This document shows, in pieces, positions 51,655 to 63,800 of a stretch of DNA of 64,000 bases (position 1 is its first letter; every line of letters begins with the position of its first letter). Under the pieces are notes generated by a model, which saw nothing but the letters and a program-made list of their open reading frames with translations, did no database searches and was not told where the DNA came from. The translations under genes and the position numbers were made by a program. The stretch is from the NCBI RefSeq assembly GCF_000143415.4, contig NW_003314278.1, forward strand, positions 833,157-897,156, in the 5' to 3' direction. The stretch is from Selaginella moellendorffii. Its lineage: Eukaryota; Plantae; Lycopodiophyta.

Positions 51655-53420
51655 TGTGAGACACAAATCCCTAAGCCCCAAAGTGGAGCCGAAAGGGTGC
51701 CACGAGGTAGTGGCTGAAGCAAAAGCCAAACGAGCGTAACACGTTTGGACTAAAAGGCTCCGATTTGAGAGGTTGAGAGCGGGAGTGGAACTCCCAACGG
51801 AGTGCTCAAGGAACGAGCATGAAGCAAGCAATAAGCGAGGCTCCAAAAAGGGACCCAAAAGGACCAACACATGACACATGGAAGTGTCTGAGATGGAGTC
51901 CGAGATGGACCCGAGATGGAGTCCGAAGTGGAGTCCGAGATGGAGTCCGAGATAGACCCGAGTTGGAGTCCGAGGTGGAGTCCGAGATGGACCTAAAGTG
52001 GAGTCCAAGATGGACCTAAAGTGGAGTCCAAGATGGACCCGAGATGGAGTCTGAAGTGGAGCCCGAGATGGAGTCCGAGATGGAGTCCGAAGTGGAGTCT
52101 GAGATGGAGTCCGAGATGAACCCGAGATGGAGTCTGAGATGGACCCAAGATGGAGTCCGAGATGGAGTCCGAAGTGGAGTCTGAGATGGAGTCCGAGATG
52201 GACCCGAGATGGACCCGAGATGGAGTCCGAGATGGAGTCTGAGATGGAGTCCAAGATGGACCCGAGATGGAGTCCGAGATGGAACCGAGACCGAGACCAA
52301 GACCGAGGCCAAGACCGAGACCGAGACCGAGTCCGAGTCCAAAACTGGGACCGAGACCAAGTCCGAGTCCGAATTCGAGCCCGAGTCTGAGTCCGAATAC
52401 TAATACAGGCAGTTAGGTGAAAGCCCAAAGCAATCGTCCCCCAGGGGGGGGGGGGGCTGCGGGGGGTTCCAAAAGTATAGTAGGGAGAGTGTGGGGGTTG
52501 GAGCCTAGTGGAGCCAGTTTGGCCAGGAAAGGCCAGTTTGGCCCAGGAAGGCCATACCCAGTGTTGGGTGATGAACTGACCACTGGGAAGTCCAAGATTA
52601 GAGTGAATATGGACCAACAAGCGGGGTAGCTTGGTGAAGTGTTCAAGAGCCGGCTCTAGTTCCCCCGGGAGATCGACTGGCCGATGCTCCCAGTCCAAGT
52701 GTGGGTGGCACTACCTACTTGGATACCTGGTGTGGCTCAACAGAACCTCGCTCTAAACCCATGGCTAGAGCACCCAAAGGCGAAAGGCGGGGAGAGTACC
52801 CATGAGGCCCTCGTAGGGCCACGGTGTTCCGAAATGTTGTCCCGAAGGTCTAGACTGTGGAAAGGAAGAGGAGTAGTCCTCTGGTGTAGTGACCAAGGAT
52901 GCAATCAAGTGGTGAGGAAGTCCCAGAGGATCGTGGGACTTAGTGGTGGGGCCTGTGGGCCTCGATCCAGTGGCAGTGTTGGTGAACACGGCCATGGGCA
53001 AAAAGGGACTTGGTGAAGACCGGAAAAGGGATGTTGGGGAAGGCTATTCCCCATGTCTGTGGGCATCCTAAGGATGCTAAGGAGTGGATCTAGAATGATC
53101 ACTCATGGACAAATGGCCCAGTCCTTGAGAGATGGGACTGTGATGCAGGTGGTGTTAGACCACCGGTGTGACCAAGGTAAAGGGGCATGGCCTTAGCGTA
53201 ACGGGCTGATATGTCGGTGGTACCTTGGGGTGTCGGTCATGGGATCGGACATGTGGAGCACTTGGATCAAGTGCAAAGGTTGAGGGGCGGGGATGCCATT
53301 CTCGGGGCTAGCAAGCCCAAATCCGAAATAGGACTTATGGAGGTTGTGAGTGGGATTCCTCCAAGTGGTTAAAGGTGTGGTTAAGTGACTAAAGTAGAAT
53401 GGAAAATTTAGTTGCTTACA
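51655..53420 (+). mobile_element. Solo LTR of family C (1766 bp) inserted in family F gag
   Basis: TGTGAG...CTTACA; perfect TSD GCATC at 51650-51654 and 53421-53425. Confidence 0.93.
51893..52398. repeat. 12-bp (GAGATGGAGTCC) and 6-bp (GACCGA/GTCCGA) tandem array in the family C LTR
   Basis: Directly visible array; homologous arrays at 58585-59020 and ~43430-43715, related array at 30625-30870. Confidence 0.95.
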
Positions 53421-54317
53421 GCATCAGTCAACATTGCTGGAAAGTCCTCTTAACCTTCTATTGCACATCCACTATATATCTTTAGCAGCTCAGTATAAGT
53501 GCTTATAAGACTAATGCAAAGATCACAGAACTTGTGGGCATACATTTCCAAAGACAAAGTCTCTTGTCTAATCTTTAGGAGTTGGTTTATAAGATCAACC
53601 TTTTCAAACTTGACAAACAAAACAAGAAAAACCTTCATCAAATCACTTGAAGAAGTTTGCTTTGGATTAACTTTAATGTAGTTCTTCCATCATAAAGAAG
53701 TATAGCCTATAAGCTTCATTACAAAAAAAAATCAATTTTCACTTTATCCTCAAAAGGGTTATGAGATCAATAACTTTCCCATAATTTGAACCAAGAATCA
53801 ACCTCTTAGCTATCATAAACATCTAGTGATGACTTCTATTCCACAATACCATAATCCTTAACATGTTTAACATACCGATAGTAATCACAAATATAAGATT
53901 GATTCAACCCTTAAGAGTCCATGTGAAGCAAGAAATCCTTAATGAAATTAACCTCCTTAACGTCGCTTTGAACCTAAAAAATTTGGCATCCTTGTAGCAC
54001 AATGACATCATCAAGAATCTCTTCATCATCATCATAGCCATCATCACTAAAACCATACTCCTCATTAGGATTTATATCCTGCTCATTCATCATCCCAAAG
54101 GAGTATTCTACTTTGATACCAATGAAATACAAAAAGGAGTAAACCCTAGGCCAACCTAGCTTTAAATACCACAGATCATAGAATATTCTCAAAATATTCC
54201 TATGGTTTGTTTCATTCTCCTCATGACCCAGCCAAGTAGCTTTAAGAAACTAAACAAGCTTCACATGAAGGGAGTCCAATGCAATACAATTATGGAGAAA
54301 GATGTGTATATAGCAAA

Positions 54318-55372
54318 TGTAGTGCATATGGTTTTCACCCTTTATCCTATAGTAATTTATCATATGTTAACCATAAATGGAACTTAAACCCTCCATGTGC
54401 CACATGTCACATGTCACATGCCACGTGTCCAAGTGAAGTGGAATCTGTGTTTCAAGACCTTAGGCTACTAAATGAAAGAACGGAGCCAAACTCCTAAGCA
54501 TGGAGCTAATGAGTGACGGAACTAAAGCACGGAATAACTCTTAAGCATACAGCCCAAAGAGTGAAGGGACAGGAGCACGGCGTAACTTAGAACAATCCTA
54601 GAGCATCTAACATCCCAATGCTAAGACCAGCATGTAAAACGGAGCCAAACAGAGTTTAACACTATTTTAGTATACCATCGATACTCCATAAACTAGCATG
54701 GTGTAGAATTTATGTATAGACCCAAGCCGGACACAAAACAAAGACAGGCATGTAAGCGGGAGCTAAATTATTCCTCAAGTGATTAGCCATGCCCAACCTA
54801 CCCATTATCCCTCCCATATATTTCGAACCCTTTTACCACCTTTAGTACCAAGAGTTAGTCTCTAGGACAAACTTGAAACTTACTAAATATGGAATGACAC
54901 TAGATTATGAATTTAGAAATGGGACCAACGCCATTATGTTCAAGACAATCTCTACATTCTACAAATTTAGCAAATCTAGACACTTTACATAAATAAAAAT
55001 TAAGACCAAATGGAACTAATATAAGGTGCATGATAGTGAGAGTGTTTGGCAAACATGGTAAGCTATCATCTTGCGATATTGAGGGACAAAGTTCAATATT
55101 GCAAGGGTTCTTATCAAGCTAGTTTAAAACAGAGCAAAAGAGAACTAACAAGCTAGGCCAAGTATAATTTGCAAAATAGACACTTAGGAATTCCTTCCTT
55201 ATGTTTGTCCAACCAAGTATAAATGATAAGTCAAGTTTACTAACACTTGAATAAAAGGGATCGATAAAGGGTCCAACAATATTGACTTCCTACCATTGTG
55301 GTAGTAAGGAAAGAATATCTGAAAGGATTAGCTAATAGGTAACTTTTGATATATACAGTCACATTTGCAACA
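54318..55372 (-). mobile_element. Family E (B-related) 3' LTR with PPT
   Basis: TGTAGTGC...GCAACA, then PPT-like ctctcacccttttagggaag; right two-thirds homologous to the family B LTR. Confidence 0.8.
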
Positions 55373-55417
55373 CTCTCACCCTTTTAGGGAAGATCAACAT
55401 CCTCGTTGATGCATACT

Positions 55418-55611
55418 TATAATCTCTTGAGTTTGGACTTCCCAAAAGGTCACCCAGCCCAGCAGTATTCAAACTCAAAGACACTTAACCTCAATTATCC
55501 CCAGACATTTAACTGATTGGAAAAAGGGGTGCACTCTTATTTGCAAGCTCTTTCCCTTTATATTTGAACCCCATAAATAATTTTTAAAGTTATTCTCTTT
55601 GGTTGCTTACA
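55418..55611 (-). mobile_element. Cassandra-like TRIM LTR (194 bp)
   Basis: tataat...cttaca; carries the reverse complement of the 5S A-box/IE/C-box region. Confidence 0.8.
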
Positions 55612-55616
55612 ATCTC

Positions 55617-56916
55617 CAATTAGTTAAGGGTCTTGGGATATTTAGGGTTAAGCGTCCTTGGGTTTGAATAGTACAGGGTTGGGTGACCTCTCGAGAAGTC
55701 AAAATTTAAAAACTTACATTTGGTATCAGAGAGGTCTCAAGTCCAACTCTTTAGTTGGCTAACAGAATTACATAACATATTGAGATTAATATTTTACAGG
55801 TTTAATTTGCTCCAGTTGTGCTCTATTATCACAAATATGACTTTGAGTATTGAAAGTTACCTGTTGGTTAGTCCTTTCAGATATTCTTTCTTTATTGCCA
55901 TGACAACAAGAGGTCGGTATTGTTGGACCCTTTATTAATCTCCACCTAAACTAGTTGAAAAATTGAACAATACATATGAACTTAAACAGATAAACATAAG
56001 ATAGAAACCCTATATGTTTCTTGTTAAGCATACTTGGCCTAGTTTGAGAAACTTATGTCATTGACTTGCACTTGCTAATAGCAAAAACCCTCAAATATTG
56101 AGATTTGTCCCTTAATATTGCTAAATGATAGCTTACCATGTTTGCCAAACACCCTCGTTATCATGCTCTTTGTGTTAGTCTCATTCCAGTCTCTAATGCT
56201 ATTTATGAAATGTGTCTAATTTACTCATTTGGCATATCTACAGAATGTAGAGATTGCTTTAAACACAATTCATCCCGTGTCTAAATTTATAATTTAGGGA
56301 TATTCCATATTTAGTAAGTTTTGTATAATAGAGATAGTGGGTAGATCAAGCATGGTTGACCAATCTGAGGCATAGTCTAAGTCTCACTTGCATACTTGTC
56401 CTTGTTTTACATTTGGCTTGGGTCTAAACCCAAGTTCCACACCATGCTAACTAGTGGAGTACTTATGTCCATGCGCTAGGCCATTGGTATACTAAAACAG
56501 CACCAAACTTTGATTAGCTCTGTTTTGCGTACTGGTCCTGGCATTGGGATGTTAGATGCTCCATTGTCTTTGGGGACACATGGTATGTGGCATATGGCAT
56601 ATGATATATATCACATTGAGGGTTTAGGTTCCACTTCATGGTTATCCTATAATAAATTATTATAGAATAAATGGGTAAAAACCATGTGCACTACATCTAC
56701 CCAAGGGGTAAGGTATCAAGAGAGCAAGGCTCTCGAGAGAGTGGCAACTCTAAGCTTCCGTTTATGAGGGTGTGGATTTGCAAAAAAGTATGGTGGATTA
56801 TAAGCAACCAAAGAGAATGACTTGAGAGATAATCTATCCGGTTCAAATAAAGGGAAAGTGCCTATGAATAAGAAGCCCTTTAATTGATTAAGGGCCTTGG
56901 GATATTTGGGATTAAG
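55617..56916 (+). mobile_element. Cassandra-like TRIM: partial 5' LTR to 55718, PBS 55721-55731, internal region, 3' LTR from 56799 (interrupted)
   Basis: 55647-55700 matches recalled plant 5S rRNA at 43/54 nt without gaps; TGGTATCAGAG PBS; ~0.2-kb non-coding internal region once the nested LTR is removed. Confidence 0.85.
55827..56695 (+). mobile_element. Solo LTR of family E nested in the TRIM internal region
   Basis: Reverse-homologous to 54318-55372; ends CTACA; flanks TCTAT/TCTAC. Confidence 0.8.
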
Positions 56917-58626
56917 TGTAGCTCACCTAGGGGGTTCCAAATGTATAGTAGAGATAGTGGTTGGAATGCATGTCTGACCACCTGAGATATTAGTTTGGCT
57001 CCCGCTAGGCTCCCCCCCCCCCCAAGGAACACACGCTTTGGGATTTCACCCCAAGCCTCCCATAGTACCAAGAGTTAGTCTCTAGAACAAGTTTGAAACT
57101 TATTAAACATGGAATGTCCCTAGATTGCAAATTTGGACACGGGACAAACACCATTGTATTCAGGCCAATCACTACATTCTGTAGATATGCCAAATAAGCA
57201 AATCCATACACTTTCCATAAATAGCATTTGGAACTGAAATGAGACCAACACAAAGGGCATGATAGCGAGGGTGTTTGGCAGACATGGTAAACTATCATTT
57301 AGCAATATTGAGGGACTAGTTTCAATACGTGGGGGTTCTTGATACTAGTAAGTGCAAGACAATGACACGAGTTTCTCAAATCAGGCCAAGTATACTTAGC
57401 AAAAAACACATAGGGTTCCTACCTTATGTTTATCCAATTTAAATATAAAGTCATTGACTAGTTTCTCAACTAGTTCAAGTGCGAATGATAAAGGGAACCA
57501 AGTGTACCAACCTTCTGCCATCATGGGAAAGAGTGTCTGTAAGGACTAGCCGACAAATTGTAAGTGACTAAATTTTCCATTCTACTTTAGTCACTTAACC
57601 ACACCTCCGACCACTTGGAGGAGTCTCATTCACAACCTCCATAAGTCCATTTCAGGACTTGGGACTTGGTAGCCCTGAGAATGGCATCCATGCCACTCCA
57701 CATTTGCACTTGGTCCAAGTGCTCCACGTGTCCGATCCCATGACCGACACTCAAAGGTACCACCGACATGGCAGCTTGTTACGCTAAGGCCATGCCCAAT
57801 CACCTTTGCCACACTGGTAGTCCAATACAACTTGCATCACAGTCTTGGCTCTCCAAGACTAGGCAAACCATCCGTGAGTGGTCATCTCAGATCCACTCCT
57901 TAGCATCCTTAGAATGCCCACCGACAAGGGGAATAACCTTCCCCAATATCCCTCTGTCAGTCCCCACTAAGTCCCTTTCTGCCCCTGGCCGTGTTTGCCA
58001 ACACTGCCACTGGATTGAGGCCCACAGGCCCGACCACTAAGTCCCACGGTCTTCTTGGACTTCCTCCCCACACGACTGTGTCCTTGGTCACTGCCCCAGA
58101 GGACTGCTCCTCTTCCTTTTCACAGTCTGGGCCTTTGGGACAACATTTCGGAACACCGTGGCCTTACGCGAGCCACCTGGGTACTCTCCCCACCTTCCGC
58201 CCTTGGGTGCTCTAGCCATGGGCTTAGAGCGAGGTTCCGTTGAGCCACGCCTGGTATCCAAGTAGGTAGTGCCACCCACACTTGGACTGGGAGCATCGGC
58301 CAGTCGATCTCCTAGGGGAACTAGAGCCGGCTCTTGAACACTTCACCAAGCTACCCTGCTTGTCGGTCCATGTTCACTCTAGTCTTGGACTTCCCAGTGG
58401 TCAGCTCATCACCCAACACTGGGTCTGGCCTTCCTGGGCCAAACTGGCCTTTCCTGGCCAAACTAGCTCCACTGGGCTCCAACCCCCACACTCTCCTTAC
58501 TATACTTTTGGAACCCCCCGCAGCCCCCCCCCCCCACCTGGGGGACGATCGCTTTGGGCTTTCACCCAACTGCCTGTATTAGTATTCGGACTCGGACTCG
58601 GTCTCGGTCCCGGATTCGGACTCGGA

Positions 58627-58663
<37 letters not shown>

Positions 58664-60482
58664 CCGGTCCCGGTCTCAGTTCCATCTCGGACTCCATATC
58701 GGACTCCATCTCGGACTCCATATTGGGTCCATCTCGGACTCCATCTCGGGTCCATCTCGGACTCCATTTCGGGTCCATCTCGGACTCCATCTCGGACTCC
58801 ATATCGGACTCCATCTCGGACTCCATATCGGACTCCATCTCGGACTCCATATCGGACTCCACTTCGGGTCCATCTCGAACTCCATCTCGGACTCCATATC
58901 GGACTCCACTTCGGGTCCATCTCGGACTCCATCTCGAACTCTATATCGGACTCCACTTTGGGTCTATCTCGGACTCTATATCGGACTCCACTTCGGGTCC
59001 ATCTCGGACTCCAACTCGAGTCTGCCTCGTGCTTTCTCCTCGGGCACTTTGTTGGGAGTTCCACTCCCGCTCTCGACCTTCCAAGTCGGAGCTTTTAGTC
59101 CAAACGTCTTATGCTCGTTTGGCTTTCGCTTCGGCCACTACCACGTGGCACCCTTTCCGGCTCCACCTTGGGATTTTGTGTCTCACACAAATATCTTTTG
59201 ATACCCGAAGTCACATTTGTGACACTCTTTCCCCCTTGGGGAAGATCGATGTCCTTATTGATGTATACCTGAGTCTAGCAAACCGTCAAGAAAACAACTC
59301 TAAAAGTTAACGAAAAGCACACTATATAGGAAACACACCGACTTAAATGAGTTATGGAATGACCTCTCCTCTACATCCAAAGACGTTAAGACTCAGATAC
59401 CCTCCAACCGTCGCTGACAAGGAAATGACTAATGTAGTTAGCCACCCTTGCTACTCCAAGTACCACTCGGTTTTCAAAGGAATGATATCCCTGCCCGTAG
59501 AGACATAGGGAGAAGGCTAAAGGCCCCACTTCCCCTGAGCAAGAAATCAACCCCGTTGGGAAGATTTAAACAACTATTATAAACTGGCAGATTAAGTTGT
59601 TTACATGACCACGCCCCTTTGTCAAAAATGAGTCATTGAGAGAAAAGCAGGGACTTGTGATCAGTCTATAATAGTTATCCCCATGGTTATGGATTGGACC
59701 CATGCACCAAAGTGTCGAAGTCAACCTACCAAAACTAACCCAAGTACTAAGGAACAAGAGAGATGACACATGTGATTTATAAAAATATATTACTGATTAA
59801 TTTGTAAGTTTTGTTACAAAGTTTTAAAAAACTAGTCTTTATTATTATTCTCATACTTTGTAACAAGCTCATGAGCATATGTAAGATTCCTAAGAGGTTC
59901 CCAAGTTGATTCACAAGTCGGGTAACCTTTCCACTTAACTAAATATTCCTTGGAACAACCATTACGAGCTTTGTGGGACAAGAGAATCACCTTGACCTCA
60001 TACTCCATGTCACCATTCACAACTTCCGGAGGGGGACGAATGTCCATAGAGCGATCCACATCAACACTATATGGTGCTAGTAAACTGACATGAAACACAT
60101 TATGTACATGGGACAACTCATCCAGAAGATCCAACTTATAGGATGCATCACCAACTTGCTTCACCACCTGATAGAGTCCAACATATCTCGGTAACAGCTT
60201 CCGAGATAAAGATCCTTTAATGTTCAAGTTCCAGGAAGATAGCCATACCTGATCTCCCACTTGATAGGATACATCTCGACAATGCTGATCCTTATCACAT
60301 CGATACCTATCTTGAGCTTTGCCCATCGCCTCAATAGCTTTAGTCCAACCTTGGCATAGCTGCTCTACATAAGTCTCAACAGCCAGGACCAACACTTCGG
60401 ACATTGGTTTCGGTACAACAATCTATTGAGGCACCCCACGAGCATTCCCTTGCAGCATCTCCCATGGAGAACAGCCAATAGT
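56917..60482 (-). mobile_element. Family B-related element, 3' part: rearranged 3' LTR 56917-59224, PPT, 3' region, integrase tail and chromodomain
   Basis: 59193-60480 is colinear with 32080-33370; ORF 59832-60404 contains EYEVKVIL...EYLVKWKGYPTCESTWEP. Confidence 0.9.
57559..59187 (-). mobile_element. Solo LTR of family C (1629 bp) nested in the B-related LTR
   Basis: TGTAAG...CTCACA; perfect TSD CAAAT at 57554-57558 and 59188-59192; inverted homolog of 51655-53420. Confidence 0.93.
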
Positions 60483-60888
60483 TGTAGCGCACATGGTTTT
60501 GACCCTTTATCCTATGGTGATTTACCATAGGATAACATCATGAAGCAGAACCTAAACCCTCTTTATGCCACATGACATGTGCCATGTGTCATATGCCACG
60601 CATCCAAAGGATAGTGGTGCGGAACCCAAGGGCCATTGAACGAAGGAACAATGCCAAACTCCCAAGCATGGAGCCAAGGAGCATTAGCACTGGAGCACAA
60701 AATGACTCCCGAGCATATAGCCCAAGGAGCGAAGGGACAGGAACCTGGAGCGACTTGGAACAGTCCTAGAGTAACCAGCATCCTAATGCCAGGACCAACA
60801 CGCAAAATGGAGCCAAACGGAGTCTGGCGCTATTTCGGCATATTGGTGGCCTAACGTGAGGACATGGGTACTCCACCAGCTAGCATGG
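60483..60888 (-). mobile_element. Family E LTR, left part, interrupted by a family F insertion
   Basis: Starts TGTAGCGCACATGG; colinear with 54318-54700. Confidence 0.8.
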
Positions 60889-63800
60889 TGAAACAAACAA
60901 GAGAGCAAACCCTAGGCCAGCCTCCCAACCCTTAAGGCATTACGGCCTTAAATCCCACAGACCATGGAATTTTCTTAGAATATTCTCGTGGTTCATGTCA
61001 TTCTCCCCTCCCTCATGACCCAGCCACATACGGCAGCTTTGAGAAGCTAAACAGGCCTCACATGAAGGGAGTTTAAGGCAATACGGCCATGGAGAAAAGA
61101 TGTGCAAACGGCAACACCAACATCGTGACAAACGGCCATGAAAGAAAGAAAGCAATACGGCTTTCTCACATGACAATACGGTCATGGAAAACAAGAGAAT
61201 GAGAATAGAACAAACAGCTCAAATCATATAACAATATAGCTATAAAACTCAATTCTCCCCTTCCTCAGGAATGTCATCCAAGTCATAACCAAAACTCAAA
61301 AACACTCTCTTCATGTCATCCTCAGTTTCCCATGTAGCTTCGTCCATGGAATACCCATTCCACTGAACTAACAACTCCCTATTTGTTTTCTGGCGTGTTT
61401 TCACCAATCTTTGAGCAAGAATATTGGCTGGACCAGCCCTTCTCTGCATCAATCTCTGGAACCTGGATGATGGACTGATCCACGATATCACCAGAGTGCA
61501 AACACGCTTTAAGCTTGCTCACATGGAATGTTGGATGAATCTTCGAACTAACTGGCAAGTCCAAAGTGTATGCAAGATCCCCCACATGCTGTAAAATTGT
61601 CCAAGGCTCACAATACCGTGGAGACAACTTAGCACTGCCACCTCCTTTTAGAGACCATTGTGCATCTGACAACTTAAGGAAAACCTTGTCACCAACTTTG
61701 TACTCTTGATGACGACGATGCTCATCAGCCAATCTTTTGTCTCGTTCTTGAGCTTGCCTCATGTTCAATTTTACCAACTCAAGTTTGTCTTGCATATCCT
61801 CCAGGAAATCACAAGCATGAGGAACCCGAACCAAAGCCAAATTCAAACTCACAGGAGACCTAGGCTCATAGCTATACATCGCCATAAAAGGAGACATGCC
61901 AATAGCCAATTGATGAGTGCTATTGTGAGCAAACTGAAGCAAAGGCAAGTATTTCTCCCATACTCCTTGTCTAGTCAAATTTCCCACAAAAGATTGTAGC
62001 ATATCTTCTAATAGCTGATTCATGCGCTCTATCTGCCCATCAGATTGTGGATGCTCACCACTACTCATGCTCAGTTTAGTCTTTAGTTTTTCAAAGACTG
62101 TTTGCCAAAACTTGGACGTGAACTTAGGATCCCGATCACTCACAATGTCACCCAACAAACCATAAAAACTGAATAACCAGTCTACAAATAACTGAGCAAG
62201 TTCAGAAGCTTTTATCGTTGTCTTCACAAGGAAGAAGTGAGCCATCTTCGTCAAACGATCCACAACAACCCAAATAACATCATTTCCTCGAAAGGTTTTG
62301 GGCAAACCAGTGATAAAGTCCATCGAGATGCTATCCCACTTATTCTTAGGTATACGTAAAGGATGATAGAGGCCAACAAACTTCTGATGATCAACTTTGA
62401 CCGCCTGGCAGGTCAAACAACCACCTACGTACTTCTCAACATTTGACTTCATCCCAGGCCAAAAGAAATGCCTCTTCACCAACATATACGTTCTCAATAC
62501 CCCCGGATGCCCAACACTTAGCACATCATAACATTCAACCAAAATCTGTTTAATGAGTTTGTCAACATGAGGAATAACTACACATCCCTTCTTCACCAGA
62601 ATTCCATCTCGTATTTCAAATGACACAAACTTGTCACCCTTCAAATCTATAGAGGTGTCCCTCAACAAAACCTTCATGTGAATATCAGTGATAAAGGAGT
62701 CGAAGTCAACAAACTCCTTAAGCTCATCCAAGAGATCGCTAGATAGCTTCACGAACGAGATAGAATTTACTATCCTGGATAATGCATCAGCCACCTTATT
62801 GTCACCTCCATGCTTGTACCGGATCTTAACAGACATTTCCTGCAAAAACTCTTGCCAACGAGCAAGGCGGCCTCGAAGATCCTTTTGTCAACTGAAATAT
62901 TGGAGAAATTGATGGTCTGAATCCACATGGAAGTCCAATCCATATAAATAATGTCGCCATTCCTTCATAGCAGCAATCACAACATACAACTCTTTGTCTT
63001 GAGTAGGCCAATTCCGCTGTGTGGCATCAAACTTATGGCTCATGTATGCAAGAGGATGCCCAACTTGAAGCAAGACAGCTCTAATAGCAATGTCACTTGT
63101 ATCTGTCTCGACCACAAAAGGCTTTTTAGGATCAAAAATCTTCAACACCGGAGCAAAGATACAACACTGCTTCAAATGTTGAAATGCCACTTCACACTTC
63201 TCATCCCAACCATGAATAGTAGCATGTTTTGACGTATTCTGGAGAAGATCAGTTCAAGGGGCTGCTATCCCTGAAAAGTCCTTCACAAATCGTCGAAAAA
63301 CTCCAGCCATACTAAGGAAACTATGAAGATCATGCACTATCGAAGGTATAGGCCAATCAACCATGGCCTGAATCTTTGTGGGATCAGCTCTCACTCCATG
63401 TACCAAAATCAAATGCCTGAGATATTCAATCTCCTCTAAAAAAACTCGCACTTGGATAACTTTGAGTAGAGCTTGTTATCCCTCAAAAGTTGTAAAACAC
63501 TTCGCACATGCATCTCATGTTCCTCCACGGAAGAGCTGAATACTAGGATATCATCAAAATAATCAATTGCAAACTTTCCCAAGTAAGTTTGTAGAACGTG
63601 ATTCATCAATCTCTGCAAAGTTGCAAAAGCATTTGTCAAACCAAATAGCATCACTAAAAACTCGTAGTGACCTGTCCTTGTTCGTAATGCAATTTTCGGA
63701 ACATCCTCTGGCTTGACACAAATCTGATGATATCCTTGCCTCTAATCAACCTTTGCAAAATATCGAGCTCCACGAAGACGATCAAGCATATCATCGATAC

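Larger units (their letters stand above)
50640..54317 (-). mobile_element. Decayed family F element: short LTR 54123-54214, PBS 54111-54121, gag-knuckle-protease, internally deleted pol
   Basis: CTTTGATACCA PBS; LINQLLKIRQETLSLEMYAHKF; CFHCHRVKHHGKDCP; LFDLGATHNFLS; 50640-50760 matches 62640-62760. Confidence 0.8.

Noticed and set aside
51893-52398. CRISPR-like appearance of the regular arrays
   Set aside because: Contiguous 12-bp units with no unique spacers, no cas genes, eukaryotic LTR context
55647-55700. Functional 5S rRNA gene
   Set aside because: Only the internal-promoter part matches; the 5S 5' end, 3' stem and T-run terminator are absent, and it sits inside an LTR
58282-59310. 342-aa and 366-aa 'MDWEHRPVDL...ISDS' ORFs (also 51598-52698) and RS/ESEM-repeat ORFs
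   Set aside because: They start at TTG, lie antisense within solo LTRs, and stay open because the 6/12-bp arrays lack stops; the two copies diverge in frame inside the array
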